Source: Candidatus Methylomirabilia bacterium
Lineage (GTDB): Bacteria > Methylomirabilota > Methylomirabilia > Rokubacteriales > CSP1-6
Direction of reading: 5' to 3'
DNA: 29,955 nucleotides
Assembly: GCA_041492755.1 (NCBI GenBank)
Contig: JBGPXN010000046.1
Location: forward strand, 1 to 29,955
Positions 1-8,956 of the stretch are shown piece after piece; positions within the stretch are counted from its first letter, which is position 1, and the number at the start of each line of letters is the position of its first letter. The position numbers and the translations under genes are program-made. A model generated the notes under the pieces. It was given only the letters and a program-made list of their open reading frames with translations, was not told the origin of the DNA and did not search any database.

Positions 1-161
1 AATCGCACCGTCATGGCGCAGCGGAGGGCCCGGCCGCCCTTGGGGCCGTTGTCGTCGATGAAGGCCACGCGAGCCCACGTTGGCGTCACCGGCAGCAGCT
101 GCAGGGCCCGGTTCATGCGAGCCCGGTCACGCGTGTTCAGTCCCTGGATCTCGATCGCCAC
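1..161 (-). CDS. HPF/RaiA-family ribosome-associated protein, N-terminal part (runs off window)
   Basis: Not in the ORF track. GTG at 161 follows GGGGGAGG and reads MAIEIQGLNTRDRARMNRALQLLPVTPTWARVAFIDDNGPKGGRALRCAMTVR. The DxNGPKGG..x.C segment is typical of the HPF/RaiA (sigma54-modulation/S30EA) fold family. Confidence 0.7.
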   Translation of the reverse strand, partial: MAIEIQGLNTRDRARMNRALQLLPVTPTWARVAFIDDNGPKGGRALRCAMTVR

Positions 162-192
162 GATGGTCCTCCCCCATGTCGGTGTGTCGTCC

Positions 193-222
193 TTACTGCG
201 GCTTGATCTTGGCGACGGCCAT
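193..222 (-). CDS. possible 9-aa micro-ORF MAVAKIKPQ in the leader of the HPF-like gene
   Basis: ATG preceded by GGAAAGGG; lies between the sigma54 element at 290-305 and the HPF-like start. Confidence 0.25.
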   Translation of the reverse strand: MAVAKIKPQ

Positions 223-289
223 GGATGCCCTTTCCGCGGCCGCGGCCGCCCGCCCGTTCGTGCTGCGGTGCCGTCTTCGCACCGACAGG

Positions 290-305
290 TGCAGGCGGGA
301 TGCCA
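290..305 (-). promoter_or_regulatory. sigma54 (-24/-12) promoter
   Basis: TGGCATCCCGCCTGCA on the minus strand (GG-N10-GC), oriented toward the HPF-like gene. Confidence 0.7.
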
Positions 306-363
306 GGCCTGTCACGTGGCAAATTGCGGGGTTACGAGACGGAGAGTGCGCGCCGGCGCCCCA

Positions 364-383
364 GTGGGGCGTCAGGGCCGCGC
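364..383. promoter_or_regulatory. putative enhancer (UAS) palindrome
   Basis: GTGGGGC-GTCAGG-GCCGCGC, with an adjacent half-site GCCCCAG at 358-364. Confidence 0.4.
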
Positions 384-3300
384 CCGGCGCCAGCGGCGGG
401 CGACCCACTTGCGTGCCTCGTCCGCGGCGAGCACCACCGGCGGGAAGACGAGCAGCACCGCCCACTCGCCGAAGGTCGGCGGCTCGAGGCCGAAGACGCT
501 GCGCAGGAGCGGGAGCGCGATGAGTCCGAGCAAGACCGCGACCTCGAGCGCGATGGCGAGCAGCACGAGGGGATTGCTCGCGATGCCGACCTTGAAGACC
601 GACTCTCGGTCCGTCCGACACGCGAAGACATTCCCGATCTGGGCGGCCACGATCCCGGCCAGGCTCATGGTCGTCGCGCGCCGGTAGAGCGGCCCACTGC
701 TCGCCATCGCCATGCCCGGGCGCCAGCCGGCCAGCCAGTAGGTCCAGAAGAATGCCGCCAGCGAGAGGACGGCTTCGATGACGCCGAGGAAGCCATAGGC
801 GCGGAGCAGACGAGCGCCCGTGAGCAACGGCTCGTCGCGCGGGCGCGGGGGGCGATCCATCACCCCGGGCTCCTCGGGCTCGGCCCCGAGCGCCAGCGCC
901 GGCAACAGGTCCGTCCCGAGATCCACGGCCAGGATCTGCATGATCGTCAGCGGCAACGGCACGCCGAAGAAGACGAACACCAGGAACGGCACCAGCTCGG
1001 GGACGTTGGAGGCAAAAATGTAGGTGATGAACTTGCCCATGTTCGAGTAGATGGCACGCCCCTGCCGGATGGCGTGCACGATCGACGCGAAGTTGTCGTC
1101 GGTCACGACTATCTCCGCCGCCTCGCGCGCGACCTCCGTGCCCCGGCCGCCCATCGCGACGCCGACGTCGGCGGCCTTCAGCGCGGGGGCATCGTTGACC
1201 CCGTCGCCGGTCACGGCAACCACTTCGCCCTCGGCCTTGGCCGCCTGCACCACGGCGAGCTTGTGGGCCGGCGACATCCGCGCGTAGAGCACGTCGGGCT
1301 CGCGGACGAGCCCGCGCAGGGTCTCGGGCCGCATCCGTTCGACCTCGTCTCCGGTCACGACCTTGGCCACGGGCAGCCCGATCTGCTCGCCGATGTGCTG
1401 GGCAGTCAGGCCGTAATCGCCGGTCATGACGATCACGCGGATGCCCGCGCGCCGGCATTGGGCGATCGCGTCCGGGACTTCGGCGCGTGGCGGATCCCAG
1501 AGCGCGACGAGACCGATCAGCGTGAGACCGCGCTCGACGGTGCCCGACGCGGCGTCGACCAGTCCGGCCGCCAGCGGTCGCTCCGCGACGGCGAGGAGGC
1601 GGAGTCCATGCGCGGCGAGGCGGTCGTGCTCGGCCAGGCACTCGCGCCGGCCCGCGTCGTCGAGCGGAACGGGCTGGCCGTCCCGACGTACCGTGTCGCA
1701 GAGCGCGATCGTTTCCCGCGCAGCGCCCTTGACGTACGCGATGGCGCACGCTCGCTCGCCGCGCACCATGGTCATGCGCTTGCGGAACGAGTCGAAGGGG
1801 TGTGCGGTGAGCAGGGGCCGCGCCTCGCGCAGCCCGGCGGGGTCGAGCCCGGCGTCCGCGGCCGCCCGGACGATCGCCACTTCGGTCGGATCGCCGCGCT
1901 CGGCCGTCGCCTGCGACGCGAGCACGCCGACTTCGAGTAGCCGGCGGATCGCGGCGTCCTCCCCGACGATCTCGGACGCCGCGACACTGCGATCGGCGAC
2001 CCACGCCGCGCGCATCGCCATCTGGCCCTCGGTCAGCGTGCCCGTCTTGTCGGTGCAGATCACCGTCGTCGCGCCCAGGGACTCGACCGCGGACAAGCGC
2101 TTCACCAGCGTGCGCCGCCGCGCCATGCGCTGCACGCCGAGGGCGAGCGCCAGCGTCAGGGTTGGGAGGAGGCCTTCGGGCACGTTCGCCACGATCACCC
2201 CGAGGGCGAAGACGACGCCTTCGGCCAGCGACAGTCGTCCGGTCGCGACGCCGAGCAGGAAGAATCCCGCGCCGAACGCCAGCGCGAGCGCAGTGACGAT
2301 CCGCGTGACGCGCTTCATCTCGCGCTGAAGCGGGCTGGGCGCCGTCACCACGGCCTGGGTCAGGTGCGCGATGTCGCCGATCTCGGTCGCCATACCGGTC
2401 GCAACGACCACTCCGGTGGCGGCCCCCGACACGACGCCGCAGCCCGCGAACGCGAGCTCCCGCCGTTCCAGGCGAGGGACGCGCGCGCGCTCGTTGCCGG
2501 GGACGGGACCCTTGAATGCCGGGTGCGGTTCGCCGGTGAGCGCGCTCTGATCCACGCGGAGGTTGTGACTGTCGACGAGGTGCACGTCGGCCGGCACCTG
2601 GTCACCCTCGCCGAGGCGCACGACGTCACCCGGCACGAGCTCGGCCGCGGCGATGCGTGTCTCCACGCCGTCACGGACGACCGTGATCTCGTGCGGCAGC
2701 ATGGCTTGCAGGGTCTCGAGGGCTCGCTCCGCCCGGAACTCCTGGAAGAAGGAAAAGACGCCATTCACGACGATGACGGCGAAGATCGCCCATCCGAGCT
2801 CGGGCAGCCCCGCGATGAGCGCGAGCGCGCCCCCAGCCCAGAGCAGCCCGGCCAACAGGCTCACGAACTGCTCGCCGACTCGGAGCACGAGTGATCGCCG
2901 ACGCGTGGCACTGAGGAGGTTAGGCCCGCACACCGCGCGCCGGCGCGCCGCGTCCACGGCGGCAAGACCGGACGCCGTCGTGGCGAGGACGGCGACGATC
3001 TCGTCCGCCGTCAGCGGGCTCTCGCCGTCGAGGTCGAGCGCGCGGAGCGCTCGGACCAGCTCGTCCCGCCGGCGTGTCTCCGCCGCTTCCTTGACGAGTC
3101 CGGGATCCGCCAGCCCGGCGCGCAAGCGACCGACGACTCGGAGCGCGCGCCCCGCGTCGGCAAAGGATCCCGTGAGGACGACGCGTATTTCGGCGGGCGC
3201 CGCTCCGGTCCCGACGCCGGTCGCGTGGAGCAGGCGTACCCAGCGGAGCGTCAACGGCGCGGCCTTCTCGTACGCGAGACCGTGGACGAGCACGACACCC

Positions 3301-3440
3301 GGCGCCAGGGGAAGCTGCCCGGCGCTCGCCGGTGCGGCGAGCCCGAGCGCCGTGAACAGCGCGCCGACCGAGGCCGGGGATTCCTCGAGCCAGACGGGAT
3401 CGCCGGCGAAGAGCGCGGTCGGAGCCGGCACCCGCTCCAT
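372..3440 (-). CDS. cation-transporting P-type ATPase (P2C/Na,K-like) with N-terminal PTS EIIA-like extension
   Basis: Motifs LTGE, VANVPEGLLPT, DKTGTLT, TGDGVNDAPALK, SNVPELVPF and DLGTDLLPALAL; 1022 aa. Confidence 0.93.
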   Translation of the reverse strand: MERVPAPTALFAGDPVWLEESPASVGALFTALGLAAPASAGQLPLAPGVVLVHGLAYEKAAPLTLRWVRLLHATGVGTGAAPAEIRVVLTGSFADAGRALRVVGRLRAGLADPGLVKEAAETRRRDELVRALRALDLDGESPLTADEIVAVLATTASGLAAVDAARRRAVCGPNLLSATRRRSLVLRVGEQFVSLLAGLLWAGGALALIAGLPELGWAIFAVIVVNGVFSFFQEFRAERALETLQAMLPHEITVVRDGVETRIAAAELVPGDVVRLGEGDQVPADVHLVDSHNLRVDQSALTGEPHPAFKGPVPGNERARVPRLERRELAFAGCGVVSGAATGVVVATGMATEIGDIAHLTQAVVTAPSPLQREMKRVTRIVTALALAFGAGFFLLGVATGRLSLAEGVVFALGVIVANVPEGLLPTLTLALALGVQRMARRRTLVKRLSAVESLGATTVICTDKTGTLTEGQMAMRAAWVADRSVAASEIVGEDAAIRRLLEVGVLASQATAERGDPTEVAIVRAAADAGLDPAGLREARPLLTAHPFDSFRKRMTMVRGERACAIAYVKGAARETIALCDTVRRDGQPVPLDDAGRRECLAEHDRLAAHGLRLLAVAERPLAAGLVDAASGTVERGLTLIGLVALWDPPRAEVPDAIAQCRRAGIRVIVMTGDYGLTAQHIGEQIGLPVAKVVTGDEVERMRPETLRGLVREPDVLYARMSPAHKLAVVQAAKAEGEVVAVTGDGVNDAPALKAADVGVAMGGRGTEVAREAAEIVVTDDNFASIVHAIRQGRAIYSNMGKFITYIFASNVPELVPFLVFVFFGVPLPLTIMQILAVDLGTDLLPALALGAEPEEPGVMDRPPRPRDEPLLTGARLLRAYGFLGVIEAVLSLAAFFWTYWLAGWRPGMAMASSGPLYRRATTMSLAGIVAAQIGNVFACRTDRESVFKVGIASNPLVLLAIALEVAVLLGLIALPLLRSVFGLEPPTFGEWAVLLVFPPVVLAADEARKWVARRWRRARP

Positions 3441-3443
3441 CGC

Positions 3444-3506
3444 TTACTCGCCGAGGTACCAGCGGCGGGCGGCGCGCGGGCCGTACGTCAGCGCAAACCG
3501 GTTCAT
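3444..3506 (-). CDS. possible 20-aa micro-ORF MNRFALTYGPRAARRWYLGE, in frame with the ATPase
   Basis: ATG at 3506 and TAA at 3446-3444, then GCG ATG of the ATPase; no clear Shine-Dalgarno. Confidence 0.25.
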   Translation of the reverse strand: MNRFALTYGPRAARRWYLGE

Positions 3507-3560
3507 CACATGACCGGCGGTGTGACCGACTCGGAGCTCGGCGATGACGGAACCGTTGCG

Positions 3561-4085
3561 TCACCAGAAGTAGGTGTCGGGATCGTTGCCGCGGATCGCC
3601 GGCAACAACACGGCGAGCGCTTTGAGGACGTCGCGCTCGGTCACGATCCCGACGAGCACGCCGGCCTCCACGACGGGGAGGCTGCCGACGCGGGCCTCGA
3701 ACATGAGGGCGGCGGCCTGGGCCAACGGGGCGCCGGGTTCGATGGCGAGGTGGTCCCACGTCATCGCGTCCCGGACTCGCACGTCGCGCAGCGCGACGCT
3801 GATCCTCTCCAGCGATTTCCGGGCGGCGGGCGACAGGTATTGGCCGAGGACGGGCGCCAGCACGACGCCCCGCACGTCCCGATCACTCAGGATACCGACG
3901 AGGCGACCGGCGTCGTCCACGACGGGCAGATGCCGGATCTCGCGTTCGCGCATCACGGCCGCGGCCGTCTCGAGCGCCGCGTCGGGGTCGATGGTGATTG
4001 GATTTCGGGTCATGGCGTCTCGCACCGTGCTTCCGGCGAGGTCAGGCCTCGCCGCGTCGTGCTTGTCCTCATGCTCGCTCGTCAT
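3561..4085 (-). CDS. CBS-pair domain protein (AcuB/Hrp1-like)
   Basis: VRDAMTRNPITI, IRHLPVVD..GRLVGILSDRD and GSLPVV..LVGIVTERD; AAAGGAGG Shine-Dalgarno. Confidence 0.9.
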   Translation of the reverse strand: MTSEHEDKHDAARPDLAGSTVRDAMTRNPITIDPDAALETAAAVMREREIRHLPVVDDAGRLVGILSDRDVRGVVLAPVLGQYLSPAARKSLERISVALRDVRVRDAMTWDHLAIEPGAPLAQAAALMFEARVGSLPVVEAGVLVGIVTERDVLKALAVLLPAIRGNDPDTYFW

Positions 4086-4109
4086 GATTCCTCCTTTCGC
4101 GGCGACCGG

Positions 4110-5864
4110 TCACGCCCGCCCGGGTAGCCAGGCGGAGAGCAGGCGGATCAGCGCCACTCGAAGATGGCGGATGTCGCCGCGGCCGCAGCGTTGCTCGATC
4201 TGGCGGATCTGCCGCGCGAGCCGGCGCTCCCTGAAGACCTCGAAGAGCCAGCGCGAGAAGTCCAGCCGGCGCGCGTGCTCGATCAGCACCCCCTCGTCGA
4301 CGGTCTCCACCGCCTTGGCGAACTCGCCGAGCGTGGCCGCGCGCGCGAGCAGTCGTCCGTCGGCGGCGCGGAAGAAGAAGTTCCGGTCGGGGAGCACCGG
4401 AATGTCGGCGTACTTTCGCCGGTGGCGTACGTGTTCGGTCCGTCGCGGGGCCGCCTGGAAACTGACGGCACCCGCGCAGCCCGTGTCGGCCCGGACCAGC
4501 ACGAATTCGCCGAGGCTCAGCTCGCCGAAGGCGGCACAGAGGTGGTTGCCGGCCTCGATCGAGCCGGGGATGGCTTCGCGAACGAAGCGGGTCTCGTCGG
4601 GCGCCGTCGTCCGCGCGAACACGAAGAGATCGATCCCCTTGCGGATGTTCGCGGCGAGCGCGCTGGCCCGATAGGTGGCCAGGCAGAAGCCCTTTTCGTC
4701 CAGCACGAGATCGGCCGCCGGGCCGTCTTCGCCGAGCCAGTAGTGCGCCTCGTCGAGGAAGATCCAGTGGGGAAGACGGCACTCGCGCCGGAGGTCTCGA
4801 AGGGCTCGCAGGCCGGTGGTGATGAGCGAGGCTTTGTCGGCGTCACCAGCGGTCGACAGGTCCGCGACCACGCAGGCCGAAGGATCGCGCCGGAACAGCT
4901 CGACGGCCTGGTCCCAGTCGGCCATGTCGCGGACCTCGACGAAGCTGACCGCGGGGATGGCGGTCAGGACGTGGTAGTCGCCCTCGGGATCGATGACGCA
5001 GACACCGTACCGCCGATCCACCAGGCGCTCGATGAGCCCGCCGACCAGCCACGACTTGCCCGACATCGAGTCGCCGTTGACCAGCACGTTGACGCCGCGG
5101 GTGGACACGGCGACCCGCTCGCCGGACTGCCGCGCCCACCCCACCTCGACCTCGCGCCGACCCGTCGCCGGCGGCGGCAGCTGGCCGTCGAGCACCGACG
5201 TCGACAGGGCGCGGGCGACGGAGCCGCCGTTGTCGCCGGCGAAGACCCAGTCCACGCGCGTGCGGACCTCCTCGACCGCGTTGCCGGGACACGCACTGAA
5301 GCCGCAGACGGCGAACATGTCGAGGTCGTTCTCGGCGTCTCCGATGCCGAGGACGTCGTGGGACGACAGCCCCAGCCGCCGGATCGCATGCTGTACGCCG
5401 CTGCCCTTCGACACGCCGGGCGCCTGGAGCATCAGGGCCGCGCGGTTCGGCGTCAGCGCGAGCTGCACCCGGACCGCCGCCATCGCGTCGCGAATGCGCC
5501 CCTCGTCGTTGCGGAACGTGTCGACGATCGTTCGCCCGAGCTGGTAGTAGATGCCACGGCGGTCCAGCTCGCCGACCAGGCGCGGCGGTGGCGGCGGCGC
5601 CAGGTCGCGGATGACCTGCTCCGGCGGGACGAACAACACGCCGCCGTTCTCGGCGATGACGACGTCGAAGAGCTCCAGGTGCTCGCACACGCGGGTCAGC
5701 TCGAAGAACGTGCGTCCGGTCACGAGGATGAGCCGGATGCCCTGTTCGCGCACGAAGCGGAGCGCGGTGACGACCTCGGGGGGGATGCGATCGTGCGTCG
5801 CCAGCGTGCCGTCGTAGTCGCAGGCGATTGCCGCGAACGCTCGACTCGGCGCGACGCTGTTCAC
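4110..5864 (-). CDS. HAD-IIB hydrolase fused to a HerA/DUF87-like P-loop domain and a DUF5752-like C-terminal domain
   Basis: HAD motifs DYDGTL, TGR, SKG and GDAENDLDM; Walker A GDSMSGKS; VIDPEGDY; Walker B IFLDEAH. Confidence 0.85.
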   Translation of the reverse strand: MNSVAPSRAFAAIACDYDGTLATHDRIPPEVVTALRFVREQGIRLILVTGRTFFELTRVCEHLELFDVVIAENGGVLFVPPEQVIRDLAPPPPPRLVGELDRRGIYYQLGRTIVDTFRNDEGRIRDAMAAVRVQLALTPNRAALMLQAPGVSKGSGVQHAIRRLGLSSHDVLGIGDAENDLDMFAVCGFSACPGNAVEEVRTRVDWVFAGDNGGSVARALSTSVLDGQLPPPATGRREVEVGWARQSGERVAVSTRGVNVLVNGDSMSGKSWLVGGLIERLVDRRYGVCVIDPEGDYHVLTAIPAVSFVEVRDMADWDQAVELFRRDPSACVVADLSTAGDADKASLITTGLRALRDLRRECRLPHWIFLDEAHYWLGEDGPAADLVLDEKGFCLATYRASALAANIRKGIDLFVFARTTAPDETRFVREAIPGSIEAGNHLCAAFGELSLGEFVLVRADTGCAGAVSFQAAPRRTEHVRHRRKYADIPVLPDRNFFFRAADGRLLARAATLGEFAKAVETVDEGVLIEHARRLDFSRWLFEVFRERRLARQIRQIEQRCGRGDIRHLRVALIRLLSAWLPGRA

Positions 5865-5876
5865 ACGGATCTGACG

Positions 5877-5892
5877 TGCAACGACATTGCCA
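5877..5892 (-). promoter_or_regulatory. sigma54 promoter (HAD-CBS-ATPase unit)
   Basis: TGGCAATGTCGTTGCA on the minus strand. Confidence 0.8.
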
Positions 5893-5964
5893 GAGCTCCG
5901 ACGCTGAGAATCCGATGATCTACGCGTCGGTGCGACGCCAGCGGCCGGGGCCCCGTATCCACAC

Positions 5965-5984
5965 GTGGGGCACGCGTGCCTCGC
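5965..5984. promoter_or_regulatory. putative UAS palindrome
   Basis: GTGGGGC-ACGCGT-GCCTCGC, midway between divergent sigma54 elements. Confidence 0.5.
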
Positions 5985-6046
5985 TCTCGTCGCCGGCGCG
6001 CCTCGGCCGGCGCCGCCAAGGGCGCGAGATCGTGGGCTCCCGCGCC

Positions 6047-6062
6047 TGGCATCGCCGATGCA
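6047..6062 (+). promoter_or_regulatory. sigma54 promoter (small ORF-groEL-FNT-GNAT unit)
   Basis: TGGCATCGCCGATGCA. Confidence 0.75.
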
Positions 6063-6145
6063 ACCGTCGCTGCCCGACGCTTCGGTCGACGGCGAGAAGC
6101 CGCTGACCTCACCGGCCTGTGAGCACCGTGACCAAGGAGACGATC

Positions 6146-6352
6146 ATGGCCACCAGGAAGAAGAATGGACCGACCCCCGCGCGTTCTCCGAAGGCGCTCC
6201 GGCCGCCCCAGGAGGCCGCGCGTCCGCCGCGGGTGAAGCGGCGCGACAAGACCGCGCACGGCAAGGTTCGCAAGGACACGATGATCCTCCAAACCGACGA
6301 GGGCTCGCGCGCCCTCTGGAGCGGCTCGCGTCCCGCGTGGAAGAAACGCTGA
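6146..6352 (+). CDS. small basic hypothetical protein (68 aa)
   Basis: AAGGAG Shine-Dalgarno before ATG 6146; Lys/Arg/Pro-rich MATRKKNGPTPARSPK...; occupies the slot upstream of groEL. Confidence 0.5.
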   Translation: MATRKKNGPTPARSPKALRPPQEAARPPRVKRRDKTAHGKVRKDTMILQTDEGSRALWSGSRPAWKKR

Positions 6353-6391
6353 GGTCGCCGAGGCGAGTCAGGATACGACAAGGAGGACGAC

Positions 6392-8008
6392 ATGGCCGCT
6401 CATACCCGCGTGCTGTTCCGCTCCGAAGCTCGGGAGAAGATCCTGCGTGGCGTCAACACGCTGGCCGAGGCCGTGCGCGTGACGCTCGGTCCGAGGTCGA
6501 AGTGCGTGCTCATCCAGCGCCGGTTCGGCATGCCCATCGTCTGCAACGACGGCGTGACGATCGCCAAGGCGATGCGGCTCGAAGAGCCGAGCGAGGATCT
6601 CGGCGCGCAGATGATCCGGCAGGCCGCCGAGCGCACCGGCGACATGGTGGGCGACGGCACCAGCACGGCCACGGTGCTCGCGCAGGCGATCTACAGCGAC
6701 GGCGTGCGTAACGTGGTGGCCGGCGCCAGCGCGGTGGATCTCAAGCGCGGGCTCGATCGCGGCGTGAAGGTCGCCATGGACGCGCTCGCCAAGCTCTCCC
6801 GCCCCGTGAAGAGCCGGCTGGAGAAGGCGCAGGTGGCGACGATCTCGGCCCACAACGACCCCGCCATCGGCGACATGGTCGCGGAGGCCATGGAGCGGGT
6901 GGGCGACGAGGGCGTCATCACGGTCGAGGAGTCCAAGACCACCGAGACCCAGCTCGAGGTGGTGGAGGGCCTGCAGTTCGACCGGGGCTATCTCTCCCCC
7001 TACTTCATCACCGACGCCGAGAAGATGGAGGCCGTGCTCGACACCCCGCTCGTGCTGCTCTACGACGCCAAGCTGACCGTGATGAAGGATCTGCTGCCGC
7101 TGCTGGAACAGGTCGCACGGACCGGGCAGGCGCTGGTGGTCGTGGCCGAGGACGTCGAGGGCGAGGCCCTGGCCACGCTCGTCGTCAACAAGCTGCGCGG
7201 CACGCTCCGGTGCGTCGGCGTGAAGGCGCCGGGCTTCGGCGACCGGCGCAAGGAGATGATGGAGGACATGGCGGTCCTGACCAGCGCCCGGGTGCTGAGC
7301 CCGGAGCTGGGCGTGAAGCTCGAGAACGTCGACCTGGCGTATCTCGGTCGCGCCCAGCGCGTGGTCGTCGATCGCGAGCACACGACGATCGTGGGCGGCG
7401 GCGGCGACAAGGCGGCGATCGAGGGCCGCAAGCGGGAGCTGCGGACGCGGATCGAGAAGGCGACCAGCGATTACGACCGGGAGAAGCTCGAGGAGCGGCT
7501 GGCCAAGCTCTCGGGCGGCGTGGCCGTCGTGCGCGTGGGCGCGCCGTCGGAGGCGGAGATGAAGAGCCGCAAGGAAGCGTTCGACGACGCCATCAACGCC
7601 ACCAAGGCCGCGGTGGCCGAAGGCATCGTGCCCGGCGGCGGGCTCGCCCTGCTCCGGGCCATCGACGCCCTGGAGCGCGAGGAGGCGGTGGCGCAGGGCG
7701 ACGAGCGGACGGGACTGCAGATCCTCAAGCGCGCGCTCGAGGTGCCGGCCCGGCAGATCGCGGAGAACTCCTCCGCGGACGGCGGCGTGGTCGTGGAACG
7801 GATGCGGGGAGGAACCGGTGCCTACGGCTTCGACGCCGCGCGCCGGCAGTACGTCGATCTCGTGGAGGCGGGAATCATCGACCCGACCAAGGTCGTTCGG
7901 GTCGCGCTCGAGAACGCGGTGTCCGCGGCGAGCCTGCTTCTCCTCACCGAGGCCGTCATGACCGAGGTGCCCGAGAAGAAGGACGAGGCGGTCCCGTCCA
8001 TGGATTGA
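6392..8008 (+). CDS. groEL: chaperonin GroEL (divergent copy, no adjacent groES)
   Basis: [47 protein letters not shown] and [17 protein letters not shown] Shine-Dalgarno. Confidence 0.96.
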   Translation: MAAHTRVLFRSEAREKILRGVNTLAEAVRVTLGPRSKCVLIQRRFGMPIVCNDGVTIAKAMRLEEPSEDLGAQMIRQAAERTGDMVGDGTSTATVLAQAIYSDGVRNVVAGASAVDLKRGLDRGVKVAMDALAKLSRPVKSRLEKAQVATISAHNDPAIGDMVAEAMERVGDEGVITVEESKTTETQLEVVEGLQFDRGYLSPYFITDAEKMEAVLDTPLVLLYDAKLTVMKDLLPLLEQVARTGQALVVVAEDVEGEALATLVVNKLRGTLRCVGVKAPGFGDRRKEMMEDMAVLTSARVLSPELGVKLENVDLAYLGRAQRVVVDREHTTIVGGGGDKAAIEGRKRELRTRIEKATSDYDREKLEERLAKLSGGVAVVRVGAPSEAEMKSRKEAFDDAINATKAAVAEGIVPGGGLALLRAIDALEREEAVAQGDERTGLQILKRALEVPARQIAENSSADGGVVVERMRGGTGAYGFDAARRQYVDLVEAGIIDPTKVVRVALENAVSAASLLLLTEAVMTEVPEKKDEAVPSMD

Positions 8009-8028
8009 CCCGTCAGGTCGAGACTGAT

Positions 8029-8922
8029 ATGACCGCCGAAGGGCCGGAGTCCGGCTTCCACGACGTCGATCCGTACGCGCCGCCTCGGATGGCCGCGCGG
8101 GCCGCCACGGCGGGCGTGGCGAAGGCGCGGCTCGATGCGCTGAGCCTCTTCACGCTCGCGGTCCTCGCCGGCGCCTTCATCGCGCTGGGCGCCGAGCTCG
8201 CCACCATCGCGGACGTGGCGCCGGGACTCGGCTTCGGGCCCGGGCGGCTGCTCGTCGGGCTCGCGTTCTCGCTTGGCCTGATCCTCGTCGTCATCGCCGG
8301 CGCCGAGCTCTTCACCGGCAACACGCTGATCGTCATCGCGTGGCTCGCGGGCCGGGTCACGACGGCCGCGCTCGTCCGGAACTGGACGATCGCCTACGCC
8401 GGCAACTTCGTCGGCGCCCTCGCCACCGTCGGCCTCGTGTATGCGACGGGGCAGTCGGCGCTGGCCGGGGCGCGGGTGGGCGCGAGCGCCGTCGCGATCG
8501 CCGACGCCAAGCTCGCCCTCGGGTTCGTCGAGGCCGTGACGCGCGGCATCCTGGGCAACGCGCTGGTGTGTCTGGCCGTCTGGCTCTGCTTCAGCGCTCG
8601 CAGCAACGTGGACAAGGTGGTCGGTATCATCGCGCCGGTGACGGCCTTCGTCGCCTCCGGCTTCGAGCACAGTATCGCGAACATGTACTTCGTCCCGATG
8701 GCGCTTCTCCTGCGCGACAACCCGGCCGTCATGGCGGCGGCCGGACTCGATCCGAACGGCGCCGCCGCGCTGACGTGGGGGCGGTTCCTGCTCGGCAATC
8801 TTCTGCCGGTCACGATCGGGAACGTCATCGGCGGCGGTGTGCTGGTCGCCGCCGTCTACTGGCTCGTGTATCTCCGGCCCGGGGCCGGTACGCCGCCAGA
8901 CCCGGGGAACGTCGCGACGTAG
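8029..8922 (+). CDS. formate/nitrite transporter (FNT, FocA/NirC family)
   Basis: LAGAFIALG, GAELFTGN, GNALVCLAVW, GFEHSIANM and GNVIGG; likely start ATG 8029 inside the 7210..8922 ORF. Confidence 0.92.
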   Translation: MTAEGPESGFHDVDPYAPPRMAARAATAGVAKARLDALSLFTLAVLAGAFIALGAELATIADVAPGLGFGPGRLLVGLAFSLGLILVVIAGAELFTGNTLIVIAWLAGRVTTAALVRNWTIAYAGNFVGALATVGLVYATGQSALAGARVGASAVAIADAKLALGFVEAVTRGILGNALVCLAVWLCFSARSNVDKVVGIIAPVTAFVASGFEHSIANMYFVPMALLLRDNPAVMAAAGLDPNGAAALTWGRFLLGNLLPVTIGNVIGGGVLVAAVYWLVYLRPGAGTPPDPGNVAT

Positions 8923-8956
8923 GCGCCGTCACGCAGAGTCAGGCTAGAATCCGGGC

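Noticed and set aside
4110..5100. HerA/DUF87-like ATPase considered as an anti-phage defence component
   Set aside because: It is fused to a HAD phosphatase, with no nuclease, SIR2 or other defence gene nearby.
6305..6328. SRALWSGS resembles the N-terminus of Ku (RAIWSGS)
   Set aside because: Only about seven residues match and no Ku sequence (e.g. FGLV) follows in this frame; insufficient evidence.
7210..8028. Apparent long N-terminal extension of the FNT channel overlapping groEL
   Set aside because: Off-frame read of groEL; FNT similarity starts after ATG 8029.
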